DNA of 29,087 nucleotides from a virus. Taxonomy: Duplodnaviria > Caudoviricetes. Below are positions 12,874 to 24,800 of the stretch, one piece after another (positions within the stretch are counted from its first letter, which is position 1; each line of letters starts with the position of its first letter). A model generated the notes under the pieces. It did not search any database and was not told where the DNA came from. It saw only the letters and a list, made by a program, of their open reading frames with translations. The stretch is taken from positions 1 through 29,087 of the IMG/VR virus record IMGVR_UViG_3300006924_000113. One strand, given 5' to 3'. Position numbers and translations under genes: made by a program.

Positions 12874-15278
12874 TAACCATATTTAAAGACATAAAACAGA
12901 CATCACAACCCTTCTACAGAAATATAAACCTGGTGTTAAAAAGAATACAAGATGGATCTTCCAAGGATATAGTTAAAAAAATACGTGCCGAAAAAGATAA
13001 GAATAATAGGAACATATTAAAGCAAAAACTACCAGCAATTTGTTTTAGTGGAAAATTTACAAAACGAAATGACAAAGCTTTAAAAGAGCATAGTGGTTTG
13101 ATATGCTTGGACTTTGATGGGTACAAGTCAAGTAAAGATTTATTACAAGAAAAAGAAAAGCTTTCAAAAGATAAATATGTTTATGCAGTATTTATTTCTC
13201 CAAGTGGTAATGGCTTAAAAGTTTTAGTTAAAATACCTCCAATTACAGAGAATCATAAAAGCTACTTCCTAAGCCTTCAAAAACATTTTGATAGCGATTA
13301 CTTCGATAAGTCTTGTAAAAACGTCTCAAGAGTCTGCTATGAGTCTTATGATCCATTAATTCACATAAACGCTCAGTCAAGTTTATGGGACAGCATACAA
13401 GAACAAGAATACAACGAAGTAAATAAGAATACTGATATACCAACAATACCAGTAACGGATGAAAATAAAATAGTAGAAATATTAGTTAAATGGTGGGAAA
13501 AGAAATTTCCCATGAATGAAGGAGAAAGAAACAATAATGCTTATGTTTTGGCTGCCGCTTTAAATGATTTTGGAGTATACCAATCTTTAGCTGAGTCAGT
13601 ATTAAATAATTATCAAACAAAAAATTTTGATAGAGAAGAGATAAGAAGGACAATACGAAGTGCTTATTCTAATAAGCATAATTTTGGTACAAAGTATTAT
13701 GAAGATGAAGATCGCCTTAACAACTTAAGAATGAAGTTAAAAAGAGGTGTACCAAAAAAAGAAATTAGATCTCAATTGCAAGAGTCAGATATTGAGGTCG
13801 CTACCATAGACAATGTGTTGGCTCGTTTAGATGAAGAAAATGCAAACAATCAGTTTTGGACAAAAAACGACAAAGGAGTTATAAAAATAGTTCACATACT
13901 TTTCAAGCAATTCCTGGAGGAGAATGGATTTTATAAGTTTAACCCTGAAGGAAGTAAGAATTATGTTTTTGTAAGAGTAACTAACAACTTAATAGATCAC
14001 ACTTCTGAGAAAGAAATAAAAGATTTTATTTTAAACTATCTATTAGAAGTAGACGATCTAAGTGTTTATAATTATTTTGCTGAACATACCAGGTATTTTA
14101 GAGAAGAGTTTTTAACCCTTCTGTCATCTATTGCGGTTTATTTTATAGAAGATACAAAAGATAGTGCCTATCTGTATTATAAAAATTGTGCAGTAAAAAT
14201 AACTAACAATCAACTTATAAAAATCGACTACTTAGATTTAGGTGGTTACGTATGGAAAGATCACGTAATAGATAGAGTTTTTAATGAATGTGATGCAGAA
14301 AGTTGTGATTACCAGCAATTTATTAAAAACATTTGTGGTAAAGATGATAACAGAGTTAATTCTATGAAGTCAACAATAGGGTATTTACTTCATGCCTGGA
14401 AAAACTTATCCTACTGTCCAGCAGTAATATTAAATGATGAGGTAATATCAGATAATCCAGAAGGAGGAACAGGTAAGGGTATTTTTATGAACGCCTTGAG
14501 TCATATGAAAAAATTAGTATTTATAGATGGTAAGTCGTTTAATTTTGAAAAAAGCTTTGCTTATCAAACTGTTAGTGTTGATACTCAAATATTATGTTTT
14601 GATGATGTGAAGAAGCATTTTGACTTTGAAAGATTATTTTCTGTTGTTACAGAAGGCTTAGTCCTGGAAAAGAAAAATAAAGATGCTATAAAAATTCCAT
14701 TTAGTAAATCACCTAAAGTCTCTATAACAACAAATTACGCTATCAAAGGTAAAGGATCATCTTTTGAAAGAAGAAAATGGGAATTAGAATTAGCCCAGCA
14801 CTACACCAAAGATTTTACACCACTTATGGAATTTGGAAAACTTATGTTTGGAGAATGGGATGATGATGAATGGTGTCAATTTGATAATTATATGATAAGT
14901 TGTGTTCAAACTTATATGAATCATGGCCTTATAAAATCAAAATTTATAAACCTAAAGACAAGACAATTATCAGCAGAAACTTGTCACGAATTTTTAGAAT
15001 GGAGCGGAGAAATAGGTGGAGGATCACAACACGAAAAATTAAAGCAAGCTGGAAGGGTATACAAGAGTGACCTATATTTAGATTTTGTTGAAGACAATCC
15101 AGACTTTGCTCCAAAGTCTAAGTTTACTGTTTCACGAACTAAATTTTATAAATGGCTTACTGCTTATTCTGTATACAAATACAATTGCAAACCTGAAGAA
15201 GATAGAGATTCACAAGGTAGATGGATAAGGTTTAGAAGTAAGCACGAGTTAGAAGAAAACGGAAGATTAGATTTTTAA
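12867..15278 (+). CDS. Primase-helicase: BT4734/VirE-N-like AEP domain, PriCT domain, P-loop (SF3-like) helicase
   Basis: 'KLPAICFSGKF', 'SGLICLDFD', 'FISPSGNGLK', 'SRVCYESYDP'; 'GERNN'; Walker A GGTGKG and Walker B ILCFDD. Confidence 0.9.
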   Translation: MDITIFKDIKQTSQPFYRNINLVLKRIQDGSSKDIVKKIRAEKDKNNRNILKQKLPAICFSGKFTKRNDKALKEHSGLICLDFDGYKSSKDLLQEKEKLSKDKYVYAVFISPSGNGLKVLVKIPPITENHKSYFLSLQKHFDSDYFDKSCKNVSRVCYESYDPLIHINAQSSLWDSIQEQEYNEVNKNTDIPTIPVTDENKIVEILVKWWEKKFPMNEGERNNNAYVLAAALNDFGVYQSLAESVLNNYQTKNFDREEIRRTIRSAYSNKHNFGTKYYEDEDRLNNLRMKLKRGVPKKEIRSQLQESDIEVATIDNVLARLDEENANNQFWTKNDKGVIKIVHILFKQFLEENGFYKFNPEGSKNYVFVRVTNNLIDHTSEKEIKDFILNYLLEVDDLSVYNYFAEHTRYFREEFLTLLSSIAVYFIEDTKDSAYLYYKNCAVKITNNQLIKIDYLDLGGYVWKDHVIDRVFNECDAESCDYQQFIKNICGKDDNRVNSMKSTIGYLLHAWKNLSYCPAVILNDEVISDNPEGGTGKGIFMNALSHMKKLVFIDGKSFNFEKSFAYQTVSVDTQILCFDDVKKHFDFERLFSVVTEGLVLEKKNKDAIKIPFSKSPKVSITTNYAIKGKGSSFERRKWELELAQHYTKDFTPLMEFGKLMFGEWDDDEWCQFDNYMISCVQTYMNHGLIKSKFINLKTRQLSAETCHEFLEWSGEIGGGSQHEKLKQAGRVYKSDLYLDFVEDNPDFAPKSKFTVSRTKFYKWLTAYSVYKYNCKPEEDRDSQGRWIRFRSKHELEENGRLDF

Positions 15279-15279
15279 T

Positions 15280-16509
15280 ATGGAGTTTAGAGACTATCAA
15301 AAAGAAATAATTAATAAAGCCAAGCCTCTATTGTTAAAAGATAAATTTGTTTATCTTGCAATGGAGGTAAGAACTGGTAAAACTCTCACGAGCTTGGGTG
15401 TAAGTGCGCTTTTGCCAGTCTCTAACCTTTTATTTATTACTAAGAAAAAAGCTATAAGCAGTATACAAGATGACTATAAACTTCTTGATCCTTCTTACAA
15501 TATTACTGTTATTAACTACGAATCACTTCATAAAATAGACCAGAGAGGCTGGGATATGGTAATCTGTGATGAGGCCCATGGTATGGGAGCGTTTCCAAAA
15601 AGAAACAAAAGATCAACGCAAGTTCGTTCTTTGATCTTAGAAAACAATCCTTTTGTAATATTCTTATCTGGAACACCAACACCTGAATCATTTAGTCAAA
15701 TGTACCATCAAGTATCAGTAGTTCGTAAACATCCATTTAGTGATTATGTAAACTTTTATAAGTTTTCTAAACAATACGTAAATGTTAAGCAAAGAAAAAT
15801 CAATTCTCTTTACATAAACGATTACTCAGATGGCCTACAATCAATTATTGATGAGATGAAACCACATACTATTTCTTATACTCAAAAAGAAGCTGGGTTT
15901 AAAATTAACACTAAAGAACATATTTTAGAAGTAGAGATGAGTCCGATGACATATCAACTAACAAATAAATTAAAAAAACATTTAGTTATTGAAGGAAGTG
16001 AAGACGTGATATTAGCTGATACTCCAGTAAAACTTATGATGAAGCTTCATCAAATGTATTCAGGAACTGTAAAATTTGAATCAGGAAACTCTATGATTAT
16101 TGATTTAAGTAAAGCAGAGTTTATACACGATAACTTTGCTGATGCTAAAATCGGTATATTTTATAAATTCAAGGAAGAGTTAAATGCACTAAAAGAAGTT
16201 TACGGAGATGGTTTATGTACTGATTTAGAAACATTTAACGAAACAAATAAAACCATAGCTTTGCAAATCGTAAGCGGAAGAGAAGGAATATCTCTACGGA
16301 AAGCTGAATGTCTGGTATATTATAATATTGATTTTTCAGCTACCAGTTACTGGCAGTCCAGGGATCGTATGACAACTAAAGAAAGATTGGAAAGCGATGT
16401 TTATTGGGTATTTTCAAAAGATGGTATAGAAAAAGAAATATACAAGGCTGTTACAAAGAAAAAAGATTACACCCTAAGACATTTTAAAAGAGATCTATTG
16501 TCCTTATGA
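15280..16509 (+). CDS. Superfamily 2 (SNF2-like) helicase
   Basis: MEVRTGKT, ICDEAH, LSGTP, GREGISL, YWQSRDR motifs. Confidence 0.9.
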   Translation: MEFRDYQKEIINKAKPLLLKDKFVYLAMEVRTGKTLTSLGVSALLPVSNLLFITKKKAISSIQDDYKLLDPSYNITVINYESLHKIDQRGWDMVICDEAHGMGAFPKRNKRSTQVRSLILENNPFVIFLSGTPTPESFSQMYHQVSVVRKHPFSDYVNFYKFSKQYVNVKQRKINSLYINDYSDGLQSIIDEMKPHTISYTQKEAGFKINTKEHILEVEMSPMTYQLTNKLKKHLVIEGSEDVILADTPVKLMMKLHQMYSGTVKFESGNSMIIDLSKAEFIHDNFADAKIGIFYKFKEELNALKEVYGDGLCTDLETFNETNKTIALQIVSGREGISLRKAECLVYYNIDFSATSYWQSRDRMTTKERLESDVYWVFSKDGIEKEIYKAVTKKKDYTLRHFKRDLLSL

Positions 16510-16730
16510 AGTTTATAAAATTTTTTTTAATTTGGTACAGTCAACAAATGGCAATACCATTTTGGGTAATTGGACACGTACATTTACACTTTGCAACCTG
16601 GCATGACCTATATGAATACGCTTTGTCTATTGTTTTACATATAATGGTAGGAATTGGTTTTTGGATTGACTGGAAACAAAACGGATATGACGGAACAACA
16701 GATACAGAACAAAAGAATAAAAGAACTTGA
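16506..16730 (+). CDS. Small membrane protein (two hydrophobic segments)
   Basis: ATGA coupling to the helicase; hydrophobic aromatic-rich segments. Confidence 0.6.
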   Translation: MKFIKFFLIWYSQQMAIPFWVIGHVHLHFATWHDLYEYALSIVLHIMVGIGFWIDWKQNGYDGTTDTEQKNKRT

Positions 16731-16926
16731 AGGAGAAGGGTATTATGTTATAAAACTGAAACTTACAAATAAAAATGGTATACCTGATTTGATAGCGCTT
16801 CCTCCAGGATGTGATGTTCTTTTCTCTGAAATAAAAAAACCAAAAGGAGTATTGTCTGATCTTCAAAAGTTTAGAATAAAAGAATTAAAAAAATATGGGT
16901 TTAAAACTGAAGTATATAAAGGATGA
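16687..16926 (+). CDS. VRR-NUC-like nuclease / Holliday junction resolvase
   Basis: 'MTEQQIQ...GIPDL...FSEIKKPKGVLSDLQKFR' PD-(D/E)XK pattern; start at 16687. Confidence 0.85.
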   Translation: MTEQQIQNKRIKELEGEGYYVIKLKLTNKNGIPDLIALPPGCDVLFSEIKKPKGVLSDLQKFRIKELKKYGFKTEVYKG

Positions 16927-17209
16927 TGGATATGATGTTTATGAGGAATATCTTGAAGCTTTAGACTCCCTTGAGCTGGGATTGTCTTTAGTTATTTCTG
17001 AATACATTGACTCTAAAGTTTTATATCTACCAGTAAATGATTATATATCTCAAATATTGGGAGGTACGGTAAAATATAAAAATGAAAATATATTTTTTGC
17101 ATTAGAAATAATAAGAACACAAGGATCTTTTTTAATGTTGTCGGATCTAAAAATAATAAGTTCTGATGATTATCTCGATTTAATTAATTTAAACTTACAT
17201 ATAAAATGA
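16895..17209 (+). CDS. Hypothetical protein (104 aa)
   Basis: Packed ORF with ATGA overlap to next. Confidence 0.7.
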   Translation: MGLKLKYIKDDGYDVYEEYLEALDSLELGLSLVISEYIDSKVLYLPVNDYISQILGGTVKYKNENIFFALEIIRTQGSFLMLSDLKIISSDDYLDLINLNLHIK

Positions 17210-17730
17210 AACCTATTGATAAAGGAATAAACAATATAATATTAATTATAAACGAAGAGTTAGGTATTGATTTAATGCAAAACCCAAAAAGAAGACAGAG
17301 AATTTATGTGTTCGGAAGAGCTATATTATATAAAATTCTAAGAAAACATTTAAATATGACACTAAGTGATATCGCAAAAGTTTTAAACAAAAACCATGCA
17401 ACAGTATTACATAGCTTAAAACAACTTCCTTTCTTGTTAAAGTTTGATAAAAACCTGGCCAGTAAGCATAATAATGTTATGTATATGTGGCTCGGAAATG
17501 TTGATAACTCTGTTGAAGTTTCAGACCAAGAGTTAAAAACAAGGATAAGATACCTTATAAATCAAAATAAAATGTTAAATTTGGAGGTGGATGAGCTAAA
17601 TACTAAGCTTTCCGACTACACAGGAAAATATCACAAATACTTAGAGTTAAGTCAAGAGTGGGGTTTTAGGGTTGGAGATAGGTTTGACGAGTTTAAAAGA
17701 AAAGTAAATACTTTATTAAATGGAATGTAA
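17206..17730 (+). CDS. Second DnaA C-terminal-like HTH protein with coiled-coil extension
   Basis: 'RRQRIYVFGRAILYKILRKHLNMTLSDIAKVLNKNHATVLHSL' matches the DnaA domain IV signature. Confidence 0.8.
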   Translation: MKPIDKGINNIILIINEELGIDLMQNPKRRQRIYVFGRAILYKILRKHLNMTLSDIAKVLNKNHATVLHSLKQLPFLLKFDKNLASKHNNVMYMWLGNVDNSVEVSDQELKTRIRYLINQNKMLNLEVDELNTKLSDYTGKYHKYLELSQEWGFRVGDRFDEFKRKVNTLLNGM

Positions 17731-17956
17731 ATATACGTTTGAAGATTTAGATAAAATCATGAATTTTACTTCATGGACTGACAAAAAGAAAGTTGATACT
17801 TTGCTTTTTATAGACTGCTCACTTTATACAAATATGGGTACGGAGTCTACTCAAACAGAGAGAAATATTACTAAGTCTAAGTCTAAAAAGTTATACAAAG
17901 CTATATCTAAAATTGATCCGTCAGTCGGACGCCTTATATTAAAATCTATAGATTAA
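17720..17956 (+). CDS. Hypothetical protein (78 aa)
   Basis: Coupled overlaps. Confidence 0.8.
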   Translation: MECKYTFEDLDKIMNFTSWTDKKKVDTLLFIDCSLYTNMGTESTQTERNITKSKSKKLYKAISKIDPSVGRLILKSID

Positions 17957-18150
17957 TGGCAAATCCAATATCAGCTGATGACATACAAGCGATAAACCAC
18001 ATAAACTATGTGTCTAACAGTATGCATTCTTTGACTGATGATTTGTACGAAGATTTAATGGATAGAGACCACGACAAAGCAAAGCTAAAGGCTAAAAATA
18101 TAATTATACTAATGAATGATTTAATTAAATCTTTATCTGATGAAGTCTAA
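17956..18150 (+). CDS. Hypothetical protein (64 aa)
   Basis: TAATG coupling to the previous gene. Confidence 0.75.
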   Translation: MANPISADDIQAINHINYVSNSMHSLTDDLYEDLMDRDHDKAKLKAKNIIILMNDLIKSLSDEV

Positions 18151-18256
18151 AGCAGATCAAAAAAACAATATAATAGCAGAAATTTTAAGATTAAAAAAAC
18201 TACCTCAATCAGCTAAAGTATTGTTGAAGATAAAAAAACTACAACAGAAATTATGA
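18140..18256 (+). CDS. Small basic protein (38 aa; not in the ORF track)
   Basis: MKSKADQKNNIIAEILRLKKLPQSAKVLLKIKKLQQKL; fills the gap with ATGA coupling to the next gene. Confidence 0.55.
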   Translation: MKSKADQKNNIIAEILRLKKLPQSAKVLLKIKKLQQKL

Positions 18257-18573
18257 ATAAAGGAATAGCTACAGAGTTACAAGAGTTTTGTGAAACCATC
18301 GCAAAAAGATACTCTAACACCGCAAGAGTTGGAAACGTAAACAATGAAGCTTTTACTGTTGAAGAAATAATACCAACTTCAGATCACAGTGCTTGCGTTA
18401 ATTTTTCTAAGACAGGAGGTAAAGTTGCAGTTGCTTTTTTCTACTACATAAATAAAGGAAGATCAAAAGGATGGAAATACTTTTTTCCAACAGACTCACA
18501 CGTGAATGGATTTCAAGCGTTTTTGTACTACAAACTGGAAGCGGAAAGGAAAAATTATTCTAAGAATTTTTAG
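18253..18573 (+). CDS. Hypothetical protein (106 aa), last rightward gene
   Basis: Packed ORF converging on the virion module. Confidence 0.8.
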   Translation: MNKGIATELQEFCETIAKRYSNTARVGNVNNEAFTVEEIIPTSDHSACVNFSKTGGKVAVAFFYYINKGRSKGWKYFFPTDSHVNGFQAFLYYKLEAERKNYSKNF

Positions 18574-18799
18574 CCTTACACTTAGCCCAGTGTATTTCAG
18601 CGCACTTCTTGTAATCCTGGATATCTTCAAAGTATTGCCTAACATTATCATAAACATCATTTTCCATAGGAATAAGAGGTCTTGAAGGATTAAATAGTAA
18701 ATATATACGCTCATCTTTTTCAAGCATATCTTTATAGTCTTCCTTTCCAGTTAAAATTTTATAACTGTCTATCATACATTTATGTTCGTCAAAAGCCAT
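18560..18799 (-). CDS. Hypothetical protein (79 aa) with UVR-like C-terminal motif
   Basis: 4 nt after the giant gene; 'YFEDIQDYKKCAEI' resembles a UVR helix pair. Confidence 0.7.
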   Translation of the reverse strand: MAFDEHKCMIDSYKILTGKEDYKDMLEKDERIYLLFNPSRPLIPMENDVYDNVRQYFEDIQDYKKCAEIHWAKCKAKNS

Positions 18800-18803
18800 A
18801 CGT

Positions 18804-21800
18804 TTATTGTTTTATAACATCTCCTCCGCTAATTACATCTGAATTAATTTTATCAGAATCTTTTAGTTTATCTTGACGTAGCTGGTATCTATATTCTTTT
18901 GGATCATTATCTTTTAAAAAATCTAAATATTGTTTTCTTTCTTTAGCTTTTTTAGTTTTTCTTCTTTTAACAACGTCATCTTCAAACATTTCTTTCATTA
19001 CAACTCTTCTTACATCTTTATAGAAAGGAATAAGGCCTAAATTACCCATAAGCTCCAGAGCCATACGATTTGTGAGTTCTTTTTTGTTTTTTTCTCTACT
19101 CTCTTCTGTCTTATTAGTAATAGATCTTACAGCTAAATCTGTACTTCTTTGAAGAGTTTTAATTATTGGCCCCATTGGCCCAGCAAGTAATCCAATAGTG
19201 GTTTCTATTAATCCCTTCTTTTTTAAATCTCCTTCATTAAACTGAGAAAATGTAATAGAATGCTTAAAAGGATCATACTCTCCTTCTCTAAATTCTCCTA
19301 ACATATATTCATTAAACTTCTCTATACCAAAAGCAGGTAGAAGGTTAGGTATATTACCCATACTTCTTCGAGTCATTAAAGTTAACACTGTACCAATTGT
19401 TTGTCGAGTGATCATATCTTCAATCGAAGAATCATCTTCTTCATATTCTGCGTCAGTAAACAGCTCATCAAATCCGTCTGAAACAAGAGATAATAAAAGA
19501 GGATACATCGTCATCCTTACAGTTGCAGCGGTCATAATTCCAACAGCTTGCTTCTTGCTCATATCACCACTTCTTTGTAAAGCCCCTACTGCATTACGAA
19601 CTGTTCCGTATTCAAATAAACTAAAGGTTGCCATAAATTTATTTACAGCCCTGTAAGTATTTAAAAGCATTGGCTGATTAGGATCATTTCTTCTCATGTT
19701 TTTTATTACACCTTTAAATGGGTTTTGAGAACTACTTATTCTAACACCCATTCTATCTGCTTCTGCGGTAGATTTCTTTACCGCATCAGAATATTCATCG
19801 CTTAGGTATTTAGAAGTTCCTTCACCTATTTCAACAAAATCTTTTTTACTTAATTTAATTCCTGTTTCAGCCTCAAATTTTAAAGCAAAAGTTCCATACC
19901 ACATTGGTCTGGTCATTGCTCTATCAGGAGTAGATATAATAGCGCCAGCAATTTGATCAATAGCACTAATAGTTTGTTTTGGGCCTAACCTTCCAAGTAT
20001 ACCTAAAACATTCATAAACCCACTTTTAGCTCTCATTGAGTCTGGCGAGCTTTGAGCAAAGTTAGACATATCAGCAAATCGAGAAGTAAAAGTTTTAGCA
20101 TTATATTGCTTAGTGGTTTCAGAAGATCCTAAATTATTTAATATATCAGCACCTTTTTTGCCTCCCAAATATGCAAGTCCAGAAAACTTCTTAAAACCAA
20201 GTAGTGCTGCTTTCGGATTAGCCATAACAAAACTAAGGTTGGAAGCAAGTTCTATTCCCATCCTTGGGACACCAGCTAATATTGCCTGATAAGCATTTCT
20301 TTTTATCCTATTCAAAAACATTTCACCAACACCAACTGGTCTCATAGTTTCTCCATAAGTAATCTTTATCACTTCTTCTACTGACTTCTTTAAAGCATCA
20401 GCAGCTTGAATTTGAGCGTCAGTACCATCAGCTTTCATATTTTTTGAAACCTTGTTTACAGTCTTCATAACCTCTCGTATTTTTGAGGTCATAAAATAAT
20501 CTATATTGGTTTCTTGTAAACCTCTTTGAGCAGACAAAGAAGGATCAAAGCTAATAGGTTTTGGCCCATTAGTTCTACCTTCAAAAGTACCAGACTTTGT
20601 AGAAGCCTTAGAAAACTCAACAGCCTTTTCATCAATAGCTGCACTTGTTTCATTTGATAAAACAACTCTATGAGAATATCCATTTAATAAGTCTATTCTA
20701 TTTGATCTAATAACTGAAGACGTAAATAAACCTTTCTCAGCTAAACTATTATTAACCTCATCATATATTGATAAAGCCTTTTTTTCACCTTTAGTTAAGC
20801 TGGATTCTAATTTATCTAAACTAATCTCACCATCTACAGTAAATTCCTCAACAAGTTGCTCTAATATTTTTAAATCGTTTTTATATACGTTTTTGTTTTC
20901 TGGTTTTTTATAAAAATCTATCGTAGCATCAATCATTTCTTTTGCTGAAGGAGCTTTTTTATTAGGCTTTCCGTTTTTATCTAAGTTTAAAATATGCTCT
21001 CTTGCTAACTGTAATAATCTAATCTTATATTTTTTAGCTACAATTTTGTTTGCACTATTTCCAAATCTTGCTGTTCTACGAATAATTCCTTTTCCATCAA
21101 ACTCCAGAACTTTTTCAGCCGACTCTATTTTACTGAACCCTTGATCAGTGTTTACTTTAAAAGCCTCATATGTTTTAGCAAGTAAACCAAAAGTGTTATC
21201 AAATATTACAGTGCTATTTAAATTACCGAAAGCATCATCAATATATGAAGCAACATTAGATCTTACTTTATCTAATATTATGTTTTTACCTGAAGGACTT
21301 CTGCTTGTTATTGCAAGTTTAATGGATGAAGATAAGTTTTTAAAGTTTCTCTTTATACCTGATAAAGTTATTTTACTGAATGGCTTTGTAACAATTTTCG
21401 CAGCCTTATTACTTTTTACTTCTAATAAAATATTATTAGCTTCTGGAGTCACAATACCTTGAGAAAGATTCTGCATGACAGATCGTAAACTTTCTACCAT
21501 AGAGTAATCAAAAGTACCATCTTCATTTTCATTTACTAACTCTTTTATATCTTCATCTGTAATTAAGTTTAGTTCTTCAGCAATCTTTTTAGAATCTTTA
21601 TTTGATATTAAATCAGTATCAGCTTTTATATCTTTTATTTCAACTATAGCTTCATCAAGATTATACTCTTTTGATTCTTTTTCTTTTTTAACTTTTTCAA
21701 CTTTTACATCTGTATCTGCTTCCGCATCAAGACTGTTTATAATATCCAAAGCTGCCTTAGTATCCGCGCCTACATTCTGGATGTTTAATGTTTTTTTACT

Positions 21801-24800
21801 TGCTCCATAAATATCAACTAAAGCCTCAAAAGAATCTAACTTATCTAAGGGTATAGAAGATATTTCTGCTTTTGCTAATATTTTTAAAACGTCTATTAAC
21901 GCATTATTATCTGCACCAACTTTTCCTTTTTTAATATTATACAGAACTCCTCCTTTTTTTCGTTTAGTCTTTTTCTGTATTCTGGCTATTTGATCATTAA
22001 TTGTAGCTGAGTTCATTACATCAGTAACATACTTAGATAAGTTTTTTACCTGAGCCTCTTTACTAAAATTTGTTCTTAATACTTTTCGAGTCATAACTAA
22101 AGCTTGTTTAGCCCTAACCACACCTCTTACTTGAAGATCTTTTATCTGATCTAATACTCTCTGTTGAGCCGCTTTATATGAAGCTTCAGATTCCTTTGCT
22201 GCTTTTGATTCAAGTTGTATTTGAGTAACTAAACCATTAGCATCTATCACAAGAGTAGATTTCTTTTTCTTACCTTGCGTTATTCTCTTTGGGTTTATAC
22301 CTCTTTTTCCTTTAGTAAATACTCCAGGTTCGGAAGCCGCTTTTCTGTTTGCTTCTTTGTTTTTTGTATCCGTTAATGTATTCGGCTCTCTGTTTGGATC
22401 AATTGAAACAACAGTGTCTATATTTTTTTTCGTTGGTTTAAGTCCAGTTAGTTTTTCAAATTTAATTTCTAAATCTACTAAACCAGGAGATTTTCCAGTC
22501 TGCGCCTTTACTTTTCCAGTATCATTTTGTATTATAAACTCAACAACCTGCTGAATGTAGTCGCTTTCTCTTTCTTGAGTATATCCATCAAGCTCCATTA
22601 CTAAATCATCTAAGCCACGAGTATCTGTATCTTGTCCAGTCTCTTTGCCAAACATATTTTTTTGTTTCTTGGCAAACCAATAACGCCTCATGTTAGAAGT
22701 AACATTGTTAGCATCATTCGCGTCTATAAATTGCTGTTCAGTTATTTTACCTATTAATGAAGATATACCTAAAGGATCAGCTAATTCTTGTTTTTCTGAT
22801 TTACTAAGCTCTTTTGATCTCTTTCTTTCTAAATCAATAGTCTCCGCAACTTCTTTTATGTTGTTAGAGTTTTCTGCAATCTCAGAAATGTATTGCTCTG
22901 GTGTTAAATTAGTAGACTCATCTAACTGTAAAGGAGTACCCTCATTAACATCTATTACATTTTTCAAAATAAACTCTTGAGCTTTTGGAGGAGTCTTTTC
23001 TAAAGGCCTCCCAGTCTTTCTATTTACAGCATAAGCTTTCCCTTCTGCATCCACTTCTACATCAACAGTTCTGCTCCCTGGAACTTTAAATCTTTGAGTA
23101 CCTCCTTTACGTTGAGAAGGAGGAATGGTTTCAAAACTTTTAGGTTTGCTATCCACTCCCTTTTTTTTGTTTTCTATACCGAGTCTTTTAAACTCATTAT
23201 TTAAAAACTCCTTATTAAGATCATTTATAACCTCTCCGTTTTCTATACTTTGTATGTAATATTCTTTAACATCTTCGTCTGTAGTTATACCAGCTTTCTT
23301 CATAAGTACAGGGTTGAACCATTTCTTAGAAAACCCATTTTCACCATCAGCTATCTCATCTACTATGTTTTTTATTTTTTCTTTTAATGGCCGACTCTCT
23401 TCCTCTACTACTTCAGTGCTTTCAACTACTTCCGCTTCCTCTTGCGTGGTAGGTTCGGAACTCTCTTGTTCATTTTTGGCTGGACTCTCTTCGGTAATTT
23501 CTTCTTGGACGTTGACTTCTCCCACTCCTTCGCCATCTCTGGAAGATTCTTGTACATCCACCTGCGTTGTGCTTGACTCTTGAATGGCATCTACTTTCTC
23601 TTTTATTAATAATTGTTTTGCGTTATCAAACTCCTTGTCTGTGTACGTGTCTTTATTTATTTTATCCTGAACTTCTTGATCAGTAATACTTTCCTCTACT
23701 TCTTTTTTTATGTCATCAGCTATTTTTTGATCCGCAATAATTGCTTTTTCAGCTTGCGTATCAGAGTTCTTAAGCTGCTCCATCATGGCTTTCTGCATAT
23801 CAGAAATTTGCCCCTCTGTTGCTGATTCTATTCCTTCTTCTTTTAATTTAGCTCTTGCTTCAGCTTTTGAAACAGACAACACCTCTGTAAAGGTATTTCC
23901 GTCTCTTGATATCTCTACTGTTTCTGTTATAGTAGATGATTCATTTATGAGAAAATTTATTTCTTGATCTATCTGGTTTCTTCTTTGTCTTGTAGCCTCA
24001 GATCTTGCATCAGGTAATTTACTTTTTTCTAATTCTAATTTAACAATAGCATCTCTTTGAGGCCCTGGAGGAACACCCAGAGCTTGTAAGTCCGCATCAA
24101 ATTGACTTGTAGCTTTTAAGTCTGTTATTACAGACTGCATTTTTTTATCGTTTTTTATTTCGATATTCATACCAGCAATTTGATCTGGAGTTGCAGTTCC
24201 TATTGTTGCCAGCATATAATCCTTTGTAACAAGGTCGCCATTTAAATTATATCTTGGAGTAGTATAAATACCTCTTGCTAAAGATATAGGAGCATTACCT
24301 GCACCTGCAAAACCCTCAAGACCTATTTCAGCCACGTCCATTTCCTGACCAGCCAAAGCTCTTGCGGTTGCTTCACCCAAACTACCTCCAGCAATTTCAA
24401 CACCTAAACCAGCGGATATCTCAATTCCTTTATTTACCATAGCTCTGGTTACAGTTCCTTTACCTCCAGCAGCTAATCTTTTAGCTGTTCCTTTTGCCAG
24501 GGCTTTTCCTGTACCTCCAATAGCTTTTCCAGCAACACCTGCTGTCATAGCATCAATCATACCTATAGCAAGACCTCTTGTAGCAGCTCTATTTCTAATT
24601 CTTTGTAGTGCTTGATCGTCATTTAAAACCATTCTTATCCCTTCAACATCAAATTTACCTCCTTTAGCCTCTACTTCTTCTTTCATAAATTCAGTATAAG
24701 ACATACCAAATTCTAAAGCTGCCGAAGCTCCCCCCATAGCACCACCTATAGCACCTGCTCCTGTTCCAAATAAAGCACCAGGGCCAGACACTGCTGTTAA

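Noticed and set aside
16506-16730. Membrane protein as a holin
   Set aside because: Sits in the replication module with no adjacent endolysin; hydrophobicity alone is insufficient
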